Of a DNA stretch of 20,064 bases, positions 7,950 through 19,926 are shown one piece after another (position 1 is the stretch's first letter; every line of letters begins with the position of its first letter). The stretch covers positions 1-20,064 of the forward strand of contig NW_021824055.1 in the NCBI RefSeq assembly GCF_006345805.1, written 5' to 3'. A model generated the notes under the pieces. The model made no database searches, was not told the DNA's origin, and worked only from the letters and a program-made list of their open reading frames with translations. Both the position numbers and the translations under genes were made by a program. Source of the DNA: Octopus sinensis. Its lineage: Eukaryota.

Positions 7950-9180
7950 CAGAGTGGTTATAGAAATTGGCAAAGTCTCTTAGAGCTGTTTCTAGAATAA
8001 CTAAGCATGTTATTGAGTAAAGAATTCCATCTGAGCAAATCATTCCGTTATTGGAGAAAGAAGAAGAAAATGCAGAAATGCATAATATCCTTTATCGAGG
8101 ATATTATTCGTTCCCAGTCTTTTGGGAAACCATGGAGTTCCCAGATAAATGTGTTTGGTATTTTCGTGATCGAAGAGTTAGTAAAGTTTCTAGGAAAGTC
8201 CCTGGCAAAGGATAATGGAAGTTATCAGTTGCATCTTTGAATAGAAAGTGAATCAGATTTGGAAGGCCTTGGAAGAGTCTATTATTTGGCGAATGAGAAA
8301 CATATGAGAGTATATAGAGATTAGTCTATATAGTGAGGGTGTGTTTGACTTGAGGGTTAAAGGGATGAATGTATACGCACACATGCATACAGACATACAT
8401 ATATACATACACGCACTAACATATACACACATACATGCAGTGTCATATTCCTATATATATTCACACGTAAGTGTGTATATCTATAGGAACAAGAATTGTA
8501 AGATTCTTCAGCAAAGATATAGGAATTTGGCATAGATATGTGCGCCACATAAGTCATAAAAAGGGGACAGATAGTCAGCAGTGAATGTCAGATAGCAAGA
8601 GAGTAAAATCACTGAAGGCAGAGAATCATAAGTGCTTCGGAGTATTAGAATCTGAGAGTGTACTAACAATGGAAATAGATAAGGAGTACATCGGAAGGGA
8701 AAAGAAGCTAATAAAGGGAAAGCTTAGTGTTCTAAATCTAGTAAAGGTTGTAAAAACTTTGGGAAGTATGGTTACTTCGGTATTCAGCAGAATTTGTTGA
8801 TTGGAAAAGATCTCAATTTGCAATCTTGACAAAATAATAGGAAGGAATTCGATATGAATGGAGGACTTCAGCCTCGATTACGAAGAGCAAGATTACTTAG
8901 AATAACGAAGGTGGGTGAGGTTTAATATCAGCAGAAGGTACCGTAGAGTTAGCTAGAGTTGATGTATAAATAGTGAAATAATTTATGAGTTGCAAGAGTT
9001 ACAGTAGGAGAGAGGAAAGGAAAAAAACCAAATGAAATTAAAACCAGAAAAAATAAGAGAGATTATCTAACTCACAAGAGAATGTTTTCCCTGGTAGATT
9101 GGCAAAGATAGTTGCAGGAAATAGTAATATTGAGACATGGTTTGGTTACTGAAAGGAAGCTGAAAAGGGAGACAAAGTTT
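7950..9180 (+). mobile_element. Decayed R4/Dong-like non-LTR retrotransposon ORF remnant (C-terminal RT, thumb and downstream region)
   Basis: Ordered motifs recovered across stops and frameshifts: VRFFSKDIG/EFGIDMCAT*VIKRG (8498-8567), HKCFGVLES and KEYIGREKKLIKGKL..LNLVK (ORF 8585-8800), LRYSAEFVDW (8775-8804), MNGGLQPR (8854-8877), EGG*GLISAE (8907-8936) and a frameshifted TW.WL.KG.LKRET (about 9135-9174). These match the family pattern DIGMEFG..KCA / YKYLG.LE / RYS…W / LHP…GGRGL / W.WL..G.LK.ET. A microsatellite at about 8360-8487 interrupts it. The left boundary is approximate. Confidence 0.8.
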
Positions 9181-9516
9181 GTAAGCAAAATCTTAATTAT
9201 GTATATATGTATATATACACAAACGTACTCACACAATCTAAACTGTTGTTTGTATATGGAATAATAATAAATTGGTATGCGGATTCTCACGTGAACAGCT
9301 TAGGGAATTAGTACCGTCTTTACCCTCTAGTACCTGCATCTGCTGTGTGAGACCTGTGGCAAGTGACGCAGGGTGAACTGGACGCCCCTAAACATTCGAG
9401 GGTATGTTGTACTTGAGATAACCCATGTACATGAAAGTTACAATATGCTAAACACACACGGAGAGTAAACCACGTAGAATATCACTTTCATTCTTCTGCT
9501 AGTAGCAGAATAATTC

Positions 9517-10390
9517 AGTCCTAGATGCCATTTAATAAATTGAAGCTTCATCTTGATAGTAAGGCCGGACTAATATTTCGGAGAGATCTATGAAAATTAA
9601 CATTCACATCATGTGATGTCATACAATAATTATTGTAGATGTAGGTTTCAGGACTAATGAATGTCCATTACTTGAACATTTGCGCTCTCAGCCCTATCGT
9701 AAGCATTTGAGACAATGATATTCCATTGTCTCGCACCCTACCGTCTTAACCACGGAAAGAAAGAATAGAACACACATTACGATGTAAATAAATCAACGGG
9801 ATGATCATGACGAAACGCCTGTGGTCATAGTCTTTCCGCCAGTGAACAACTAGAATAATTTACAACCAACTGAAATATATTCTGGGAAACGAGGAGGAAA
9901 ATTGTTGGGTTTGCATTTTAGTAACTAGAGAGATGAGGTCGTGTCTTTGAGCAGATATCGCAATCCCAATAATCGATAAAAACAATGGCGTTTATTTCAG
10001 AAAAAAGCGTCAAGTAGATAAGAATATTCTGGGTGTTGCCAGGACATATGAAAAATAGCATTTTGGTAATATTATTGAAGTCGAGGACACATGAAATCGT
10101 GATTAAGGTCATGATTTCAGATCCTGGGACGAGTGGTGTATTGTGCGCAGAAACTTCATCTTATGTTACACAGCGACCATTTCAACACTTGACGTGTAGG
10201 AATGGTGACTAGCTGGAATATGGATTTATTTTCCGGATATTAAAGTATTTCAGCCAATCACATACATCAAAGGGAAAATACTGCCACTCTCGTTTAAAAA
10301 ATATAGAGAATTATTACAACAGGATATTTCATTCAGGTGCATTTCGGATAGAAGAGGGAAGTGAGACAAAAATTTATATGAGGAATAGAA
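9517..10390. repeat. Core module subtype B (older, diverged paralog of 12036-12930)
   Basis: Aligns from agtcctagatgccatttaataaat to gagacaaaaatttatatga…aatagaat, at roughly 80-85% identity by eye. Confidence 0.88.
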
Positions 10391-10735
10391 TATTCAGATA
10401 AGTGGATAAGACTTTTAATTTCTGTAAAAAATTTGAAACTGAAGTAATATTTGGAGTCGGCTTTATAAAGGTAAATAAATTTTTGTTACTTTTCTTTTAA
10501 GATTTAACATTTGTATCTACACACACATGTATATATGATTTATTTTTCCCTCTCTCTCTATCATTCTATAACTATGCAACTTAATAGAATAATGTTGTTC
10601 CTGACAATCATTTGTCGGTGAGCATTTGGTTCCAAGCAACCATAACATTGTTACATGCACGTCAGAATTATTATTTAAATATTTGTTTGTCTTGTTCATC
10701 CTGTATAAAGACTTATACATAAACACACATGCATA

Positions 10736-10911
10736 GGCGTGGCTATGTGGTAAGATAGATGGTTCGCAAGCAGATAGATCCAGGTTCAGTTTCACTGCAT
10801 AGCAATTTGGGAAAGTGTCTTCTACTATAGCCTCGGGTGACCAAAGCCGTACGAGTGGATTGGTAGTAGACGAAAAAACCGAAAAGAAGTTCGATATATA
10901 TAGATATATAT

Positions 10912-10948
<37 letters not shown>

Positions 10949-11203
10949 TGATGCATAAGTGTGTGTGAGTTTGTTGTTTGTGTATGTGTGTGTCTGTCTT
11001 CGCGACTATGTTTGTTACCCTTTCATAACTTACAGCAGGTTTTTACGCCCCCTCCTTAACATTGCGGTTCGGCAAAAGCGAATAATAAAATAAGTAATTG
11101 GCTTACAAAGAATAATCCCTGATGTCAATGTATTGGGCTTAAAGGCTTATGATATTGTGCTCCAGCATGGACGCAGGCAAATGACTTCAACAAGTAAACG
11201 AAT
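10736..11203 (+). mobile_element. Full-length SINE family 1
   Basis: Head ggcgtggctatgtggtaag, central (TA)n, and 3' end ggcttacaaagaataat…gtgctccagcatggacgcaggcaaatgacttcaacaagtaaacgaa. Confidence 0.88.
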
Positions 11204-11303
11204 TAAAGAAAAAGTATACACATTGATATATGTGTGTGCTTATGTGTGTGTATATATCTAAATGCGTATGAATACATATATAAGTATTTATATACCTATA
11301 TAT

Positions 11304-11335
<32 letters not shown>

Positions 11336-11405
11336 TTGGATGTTTCGCCTCGTACACTTGTGCATGTATTCACATACATGTAGACACACGCTCACATATA
11401 CATTC

Positions 11406-11448
<43 letters not shown>

Positions 11449-11888
11449 AACGTACATACATACACACACTCATATGCACACACACTCATACACGCACACA
11501 TATTTGTGCGTGTTTGTGTATGTATATATATCCTCATGCAACTTTATATACCATACATGTTTACATATGACACGCGTAGCAATTCGTCGGGCTAAAATCC
11601 TAGATTGCCCCTATAAAGTGGTTTCGGGTTTAGGTAGAATGCCAGTAGTAGTGTTGTGTTTTGTGGGGAAGGTGGACTGTCGACTAATTGGACTTCAGTA
11701 CCTCTGAGAAATGAAAGGCAAATGGGAGTTCGACAGGATAGAACTCAGAACGCGAATAGATAAATCAATTTGTTACTTTCTTTTCCAAGCAACCATAACG
11801 TTGTTACACGCATGTAAAAACTATTAGTTAAACATTTGTTTGTCCTGTTCATCCTATATATAGACTTATACATAAACACACATGCATA

Positions 11889-12026
11889 GGCGTGGCTATG
11901 TGGTAAGAAACTTGCTCCGTCAGCACTTAGATCCAGGTTTAGTTTCGCTGCATGGCAACCTGGGAAAGTTTCTTCTACTATAGCCTCCGTCCGAGCAAAG
12001 ACTTGTGAGTGGGTATTGTAGACGGA
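11889..12026 (+). mobile_element. 3'-truncated SINE family 1
   Basis: Head through gtagacgga, then directly into the core module. It is the paralog of 437-574. Confidence 0.85.
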
Positions 12027-13320
12027 CTCTAAGGAAGTCCAAGATGTCATTTAATAAATTGATGGTTCATCTTGATAGTAAGGTCGAACTTATACATCGG
12101 AAAGATCTATGAAAATTAACATCCACATCATGTGATGTATTACAATAATGATTGTAGATGTAGGTTTCAGGACTAATGAATGTCCATTACTTGTATATTT
12201 GCGCTATCAGCCCTATCGTAAGCATTTGGGAAAATGATATTCCATTGTCTCACGCCCTACCGTCTTAACCACGGAAAGAACACAACACATATTGCAATAT
12301 ATGTAAATCGACGGGATGATCGCGACGGAAACGCCTCTGATCATAGTCTTCTCATCAGTGAACAACAAGCGTCCTTTACAACCAACTGAAATATATTCTG
12401 GGAAACGAGGGAAATTCGTCCGGTTTGCATTTTAGTAACTCGAGAGATGAGGTCGTGTCTTTGAGCAGATATCGCCATCCCAATAATCGATAAAAACAAT
12501 GGCGTTTGTTTTAGAAATGTGTCAAATAGATAAGAATATTCTCTGGGTGTTGCCTGGACATATGAAAAATACCATTTTGGTAATATAATAGAAGTCGAGA
12601 ATACAGAATATCGTGGTTAAAGGTGCTGCTCTCGATAACAAGGTTGTGATTTCAAATCCTGCAACGGGAGGTGTATTGCGCGCAGAACACTTCATCTCAT
12701 GTTGCACGGACACCATTTCAATACTTGACGTGTAGGAATGGTGAATAGCTGGAAAATAGATTTATTTTCCAGATATTAAAGAATTTCTGCCAATCACAAA
12801 CATCAAGGAAAATTACTGCCACTCTCGTTTTAAAAAAAATAGAGAATTATTTCAAACGGGTATTTCATTGTGTATGCTTTTCAGATAGCAGCTGAAACGT
12901 GAGACAAAAATCTTATATGATTCAATAGAATTAGATGGCTAGAGTTGGAATGACTTTGTGCAAAACTACGATCAGGGCAAACAACGTCGACCACAACACC
13001 CTAAGTAAAACAGAAAAAATCAAACACACATATGTACCTAATGTTGGCTTCGTTCACAGACTTTGTATCACCACACCAAACTTCGTAATTTTCTGCGTCA
13101 GTCTTTCTATCAGTACATGATACAACGCCATATCGTTAGCTGACGAGAGGCATCTCTTAGGAGTAACGCTCAGATCGTTTTGGGGATCCATGAGAATTCA
13201 GTGGGTGTTGCTTCAGTAAAACGCCTAGTAGATAAGAGTGATTCCTGGGTTGCTGTCACACCTACATATGCCATGTACCATGTTAATAATATATTCTTCT
13301 ATACCCACTGTGATTAGTGA

Positions 13321-13367
<47 letters not shown>

Positions 13368-13430
13368 GTATGTGTAGGTAGTATATGTATGCATATATAT
13401 ATATATACTATATATATATATATATATATG

Positions 13431-13471
<41 letters not shown>

Positions 13472-13491
13472 ATATATGTATATATATATAT
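13321..13491. repeat. (TA)n-rich tract
   Basis: Read directly; it is the paralog of 3524-3794. Confidence 0.9.
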
Positions 13492-14129
13492 AAGGAATAT
13501 TATAGATTTATTGCATCCAATAATATCAAGTGGCAAGCATGCGTAAAAACAATCCCATAAGGTAAAGCCTCATTAATTAATAATTAAAGGTCCTACAAGC
13601 AGCAACAGCACACTAAAAATAGCAGCACGAAGAGAGAGAGAGAGAGAGAGAGGAAGAGAGAAAGACAGGAGGAGAGAAAAAGAGAGAGAAAAAGAAAGTG
13701 TGGAACAGAGAGAGAGGGAAAGAAAATGAAAGAAATAGAAAAAGAGAGAGATAAATCGAATAATAATTAGACAGATAAACAAATAGAAACTTCTATAAAT
13801 AGATTGATAGATAGACACATACACATACACACTCACACACAAACGAGACATTTGCGTCGTTCAAAATCCGCTTCCCAAGTTTCATAGCACTTGCAAACAC
13901 TTACTAAATTACGTAGCTGCACCAAGTGGGAAATTCCGTTTTAACCAGGGAAATATGTACAATTGTTCCGAGTATAAATTATTTGATAAACAATCCACTT
14001 GACAAGCAGTAGATAAGTAGACATTTAATAATTTTTAATAGAGAATAAGCGGAATAAGAAGAAACAGGTGGAGCAGAGAGACGCCCAGGAGATCATATTA
14101 TGTGAGACGAAAGAATTTAAATAAACTAC

Positions 14130-14218
<89 letters not shown>

Positions 14219-14299
14219 GTAATAATAATAATAATGATAATAATAATAATAATAGTAATAATAATAATAATAATAGTAATAATAATAATAATGATACGA

Positions 14300-14351
<52 letters not shown>

Positions 14352-14375
14352 TAATAATATAATAATAAAATAATG

Positions 14376-14411
<36 letters not shown>

Positions 14412-14463
14412 GTAATATAATAATAATAATAACAATCACAAAAATAATAATAACAATAATAAC
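14130..14463. repeat. Long (AAT)n microsatellite
   Basis: About 330 bp of AAT with occasional AGT/GAT variants. Confidence 0.95.
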
Positions 14464-14636
14464 AGTCGTTCCTACTATAGACACAAGGCCTGAAATATTT
14501 TTGGGGGTGAGTTAGTCGATTACATACCCCTAGTACAGAACTGGTATTTAATTTATAGACATCGAAATGATGAAATGCGAAGTTGACCTTGGGGTCAATA
14601 ATAATGATAATAATAGTAATAATAACAATAATGATG

Positions 14637-14680
<44 letters not shown>

Positions 14681-14700
14681 TAATAATAATAATAAAATGC

Positions 14701-15284
14701 CCGGATGCAGTACCAGCAGTGGCTCTCATGGCTTCTGATCTTAACTGATTGGAAGTGTTATCATGTACATTGTTTTTTTGTCTTGGTATAAAAGATGGGC
14801 TACAGCAAATATTCTGCTCATAACACAGATTTGCTTGTCAGTTGTTTGACCTTAACCAGTTGACATGTCCCCCTTAGTGGCTGACGATATGTGCATCTCT
14901 GATCACGAGCAGTAGTAGTAGGGGAGCATCATAGCCATGTGTTGAGAAGGATTCTTTGGGGTTTGAATAATTCACCTCTGGAAACATGGGTGTTTCGTTC
15001 AACGTCCTTAAACAACCCTTATTCAGGGACCTTTTGAGCGGAATGGGTTACTCGATCTGAAGAAAATTCTAACTGGGCTCCACCTGCAAGGTCATGTGCT
15101 GTTTATCTTGATATGAGATCACAATGTCGCGCACATATGGTTGTGAAGCATATGCCTGGTGTACCCTTATCAGACGGGTAGTCATGATGGGTATACTGGG
15201 CTTCGTATATTTTACCCCTGTGTCACTTTGATGGCATGCTCGGCTCGCTCACTCAATAATAATAATAATAATAATAATAATAAT
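14701..15284 (+). mobile_element. 554-bp AAT-tailed insert, probably the 5'-truncated 3' end of a second non-LTR element family
   Basis: Unique sequence ending ctcgctcactc followed by (AAT)10. It is absent from the paralogous site in unit 1 and has no convincing ORF. Its resemblance to a common octopus repeat is recalled, not verified. Confidence 0.6.
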
Positions 15285-15295
15285 CCAGAAGGAAG

Positions 15296-15627
15296 CAGAA
15301 GGACAAGTCCATTACATCGATCCCAGTGTGTAACTGGTACTTAATTTATCGTCCCCGAAAGGATGAAAGGCAAAGTCAACCTCGGCGGAATTTGAACTCA
15401 GAACGTAAAGACAAAGGAAATACCTATTTCTTTACTGCCCACAAGGTGCTAAACAGAGAGAGGACAAACATGGACAGACAAACGGATTAAGTCGATTATA
15501 TCGACACCAGTGTGTAACTGGTACTTATTTAATCGACTGCGAAATGATGAAAGGCAATGTCGACCTCGGCGGAGTTTGAACTCAGAACGTAACCGCGGAC
15601 GAAATACTTCTAAGCGTTTCGCCCGGC
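15296..15627 (-). mobile_element. Tandem SINE family 2 copies with the head deleted
   Basis: Paralog of 5510-5907 that lacks the ggcggcgagctggcag head segment. Confidence 0.82.
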
Positions 15628-16085
15628 GTACCAATAATAACAACAACAACAACGACAACAACAATAATAATAAAGTGAAGATCAAATATATATTGCGTGT
15701 GTTTTCATTGGCAAAGACGACAATCTCCAAACAGAAGAATTTCTGTTGTAACACCCAATTTCAAAAATGCATGAACGAAATAATATTAAATATTAAGTAG
15801 AAAATTCCGCCGAGGTTGTCTTGCCTTTTATCCTTTCGGGGTCGATGAAATCAATATCAGTTATGTACTGGGGTCGATGCAATCAACTTACTCCCTCTCC
15901 CGAAATTGCTGGTGTTGTGCCAAAATTTGAAATCAATGTGTAGGAGAAATAAAACAAAACACAGCATTACTCACTAATGGACACCATGTAAATGGTTTTA
16001 ACAAATTATAAAGTGAACGGCTTGGAGAGTGTCTCATCTTTATGCGTGTTTCCTTGGATTGATTCTGTGTAGGGGGGCATGTTTA

Positions 16086-16775
16086 GGCGCGGCTGTGTGG
16101 TTAGATGCTTGCTTCCAAATCTGGTTTCGGGTTCATTTCCACTGCGTGGCACACTAAGCACATGTCTTCTCCTGTGGTCATTGGACTCTTCATAAGTGGA
16201 CTTTGTAGATGGAAACTGAAAGAAGCCCATCGTGACTATTCTTTTACTTGTTTCAGTCATTTTGCTGCGGCCATGTTGGAGCTCCGCCTTTAGTCGAACA
16301 AATCGACCCTAGGACTTAATCATTTAAAGCCTTGTACTTATTCTATCGGTCTCTTTTCCAGAACCGCTAGGTTAAAGGGACGTAAGCACACCAACATCGG
16401 TTGTCAGGGGATGGTGTAGGGACAAATATAGGACAATACATATGACGGCCTATTGAGTTTCATCTATGAAATCACTCACATGTTTTGGTCGGCCCTAGGC
16501 TATAGTAGAAGACCACTCATGCAAGGTGTCACGCAGTGGGACTGAACCGGAACCATGTGCTTCTTACACTACGGCCACTCCTATGCCAATATATGTCTAT
16601 CTGTATGTATCAGTCTGTATGTGTCCTTGTGTCCGTGTTTGTCCCACCGCTTGACGACCTGTGTTGGTGTATTTACGTTCTAGTAACTTAGCGGTTCACC
16701 AAAATACGCCAATTACATAAGTACCAGGCTTAAAAAATTAAATACAGAATTAGTTCGACTCAAAACTTCTCAAAC
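16086..16775. mobile_element. Nested antiparallel SINE family 1 pair (paralog of 6371-7100)
   Basis: Plus-strand head 16086-16232, minus-strand full copy about 16242-16587, plus-strand tail about 16590-16775. Confidence 0.82.
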
Positions 16776-17161
16776 CAGTGGCATCTTTATATATACACAT
16801 AATCCTTTCCGAGCCATGTTCGTTGAAGCAATTGTTCGTTACACAAGTAATTGAAGCACATACAAATAGAAGAAATCCGTTTCATGCCACTCCCCAAAGC
16901 CACATAAAAGTATATATATTATACCTTAACTTTCATACAAAAGAAAATCATGTAAAAGGTCGTTAGTAAGTGTGACTGCTCAGTTTGTTTACCACTAAAA
17001 CACCGGCTTGAACAGAAAAATGTGGTGCAGAAATGTGTATCAAAGGTGATATGAAGTGGTTGATCATTGAGCGGGGGACATAAATTATAACAGATAATGA
17101 TCAGAAAAAACATTTAGCGTTAATCAAGAACATTCATTTTATAATTTATAATATAAGTATA

Positions 17162-17512
17162 GGTGCAGGAGTGGCTCTTTAGTAAGTAGCGTGCTTACCA
17201 ATCATATGGTTCGGGGTTCAGTCCCACTGCGTGGCACACTGGGAAAATGCGTTCTACTATAGCCTCGGACCGACCTAAGCCTTGTTAGTGGATCTGGAAG
17301 ACTGAAACTGAAAGAAGACCATCATGTGCGTGGGTGTGTGTGTGTGAGTTTGTGTATCTGTGTTTGTCCACCAACATCGCTTGACAACTGTAATTTAGTG
17401 GTTCAGTAAAGGAGACTCATAGAATGAGTACAAGGCTTATAAATAATAAGTTCGATTAAAAAGGTGGTGCTACAGCATGGCCGCAGTAAAATGGCTGAAA
17501 CAAATAAAAGAA
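17162..17512 (+). mobile_element. SINE family 1 (paralog of 7485-7943, about 110 bp shorter)
   Basis: ggtgcaggagtggctc…ctatagcctcggaccgacc…cagcatggccgcag…gaaacaaataaaaga. Confidence 0.85.
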
Positions 17513-17721
17513 CTGTGCAGAGTGGTTACAAATATGCACAAAGTCTCTTAGAGCTGTTTCTAGAATAGCTAAGCATGTTATTGAGTAAAGAATTCCATCT
17601 GAGCAAATCATTCCGTTATTGGAGAAAGAAGAAGAAAATGCAGAAATGCATAATATCCTTTATCGAGGATATTATTCGTTACCCGTCTTTTGGGAAACCA
17701 TGGAGTTCTCATATGAATTCT

Positions 17722-18486
17722 CATATGAAGAATACATTTTTGGTAATATAATAGAATTCGAGAATACATAACATCGTGGTTAAAGGTTGTAACATCGATA
17801 ACAAGGTTGTGATTTCAAATCCTGCAACGGGAGGTGTATTGCGCGCAGAACACTTCATCTCATGTTGCACAGACACCATTTCAACACTTGTCGTGTAGGA
17901 ATGGTGAATAGCTGGAAAATAGATTTATTTTCCAGATATTAAAGAATTTCAGCCAATCACAAACATCAAGGAAAATTACTGCCACTCTCGTTTTAAATAA
18001 AATAGAGAATTATTTCAAACGGGTATTTCATTGTGTATGCTTTTCGGATAGCAGCTGAAACGTGAGACAAAAATCTTATATGATTCAATAGAATTAGATG
18101 GCTAGAGTTGGAATGACTTTGTGCAAAACTACGATCAGGGCAAACAACAACGTCGACCACAACACCCTAAGTAAAACACAAAAAATCAAACAAACATATG
18201 TACCTAAGGTTGGCTTCGTTCTCAGACTTTGTATCACCACACCAAACTCCGTAATTTTCTGCGTCAGTCTTTCTATCAGTACATGATACAACGCCATATC
18301 GTTAGCTGACGAGAGGCATCTCTTAGGAGTAACGCTCAGATCGTTTTGGGGATCCATGAAAATTCAGTGGGTGTTGCTTCAGTAAAACGCCTAGTAGATA
18401 AGAGTGATTCCTGGGTTGCTGTCACACCTACATATGACATGTACCATCTTAAATAATATATTCTTCTATACACACCTGTGTATTAG

Positions 18487-18555
<69 letters not shown>

Positions 18556-18624
18556 ATGTATTTATATGCATGTATATATATATATATATATATGTGTGTG
18601 TATGTGTATGTATTTATATGCATG

Positions 18625-18657
<33 letters not shown>

Positions 18658-18727
18658 ATGTATTTGTATGTATGTATATATATATAATATATATATATAT
18701 ATAATATATATATATATATTATATATA

Positions 18728-18768
<41 letters not shown>

Positions 18769-18903
18769 CATATATATAAGGATATTATTGCTTCCAATAA
18801 TATCAGGGGGCAAGCATGCGTAAAAACAATCCCATAAGGTAAAGACTCATTAATTAATAATTAAAGGTCCTACAAGCAGCAACAGCACACTAAAAATAGC
18901 AGC

Positions 18904-18945
<42 letters not shown>

Positions 18946-19413
18946 AAGACAGGAGGAGAGAAAAAGAGAGACAAAGAATGTGTAGAACGAAGAGAGAGGG
19001 AAAGAAAATGAAAGAAATAGAGAAAGAGAGAGATAAATCGAATAATAATTAGACAGATAAACAAATAGAAACTTCTATAAATAGATTGATAGATAGACAC
19101 ATACACACACACACACACACACCACACACACTCACACACACACTCATACACACACACATACATATATAAATGGTAAAGAAACGCAATAGAAGACAATGAA
19201 AGATTTGGAATGATAGACGATAGAAAGGCGGACAGGAGAAACACCGATTAGAAGGACAGGCAAAAAAAGACGGCTCTTTCGTGGCTTTCTTTCCTCAGTC
19301 AAGTCCCAGAAGTCACGACCATCTCAGGCAGTTACACTTGAGATGGGTCGATCTGGTTGCCCCCATAAAAGTTTCCCTCTCTCCATATATATATATATAT
19401 GTGTGTGTATCTG

Positions 19414-19501
<88 letters not shown>

Positions 19502-19926
19502 GTATATCTGCGTGTATTCATTCGTCTTTTTTCCTCCTCTCACCAATAAGGGGTTCAACACCCGCCAACGACCTTCGCTGACTATTCCGTCTACTTCCTG
19601 CCCGAATTTTTTATGCAATAATCAACTTGCATTTGTCAAACGAGACATTTCCGTCGTTCAAAATCCGCTTCCCAAGTTTCTTAGCACTTGCAAACTCTTA
19701 CTAAATTACGTAGCTGCACCAAGTGGGAAAATCCGTTTTAACCAGGGAAATATGTACAATTGTTCCGAGTATAAATTATTTGATAAACAATCCATTTGAC
19801 AAACAGTAGATAAGTAGACATTTAATAATTTTTAATAGAGAATAAGCGGAATAAGAAGAAACAGGTGGAGCAGAGAGACGCCCAGGAGATCATATTATGT
19901 GAGACGAAAGAATTTTAATAAACTAC

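Larger units (their letters stand above)
2343..8140 (+). repeat. Segmental duplication unit 1 (paralog of 12147-17708; 2755-about 4990 also parallels 17722-19990)
   Basis: Collinear homology from aatgattgtagatgtagg to gggaaaccatggagttc, sharing SINEs, microsatellites and unique spacers. The copies differ by scattered substitutions and several large indels. Confidence 0.95.
12147..17708 (+). repeat. Segmental duplication unit 2
   Basis: Collinear with 2343-8140. It lacks about 535 bp (junction near 13840), 66 bp (15625) and about 110 bp (17388), and carries a different insert at 14701-15254. Confidence 0.95.

Noticed and set aside
9334-9387. Possible 54-nt minus-strand exon (tttag|GGGCGT…GCAG|gtacta; GRPVHPASLATGLTQQMQ)
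   Set aside because: Both splice signals are weak, the peptide is unrecognisable and there are no partner exons. It cannot be supported without RNA-seq.
9494-9524. Hairpin ttctgct-agt-agcagaa followed 10 nt later by CTAG, like a Helitron 3' end
   Set aside because: CTAG is followed by A rather than T and lies within sequence shared with the core module. The stem is short and AT-rich, and no Rep/helicase remnant is present.
10266-10289. Minus-strand EWQYFPFD resembling the Cys-loop receptor motif (octopus chemotactile receptors)
   Set aside because: The flanking cysteines are not at Cys-loop spacing and there are stops on both sides. The motif is broken by indels in the sister B copy (about 1505) and in all A copies, and no TM1-TM3 block follows.
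18098-18286. Plus-strand ORF with TTIRAN (piggyBac-like GTIRANR) and YVPKVG (sulfotransferase-like)
   Set aside because: These are isolated short matches without neighbouring family motifs. I saw no terminal inverted repeats or TTAA target sites.
883-19618. Dozens of ORFs rich in YI, CV, HT, poly-I/L/N or SL repeats
   Set aside because: They are translations of (TA)n, (TG)n, (AAT)n and (GA)n tracts, which lack stops in some frames. They are not preserved in frame between paralogs.
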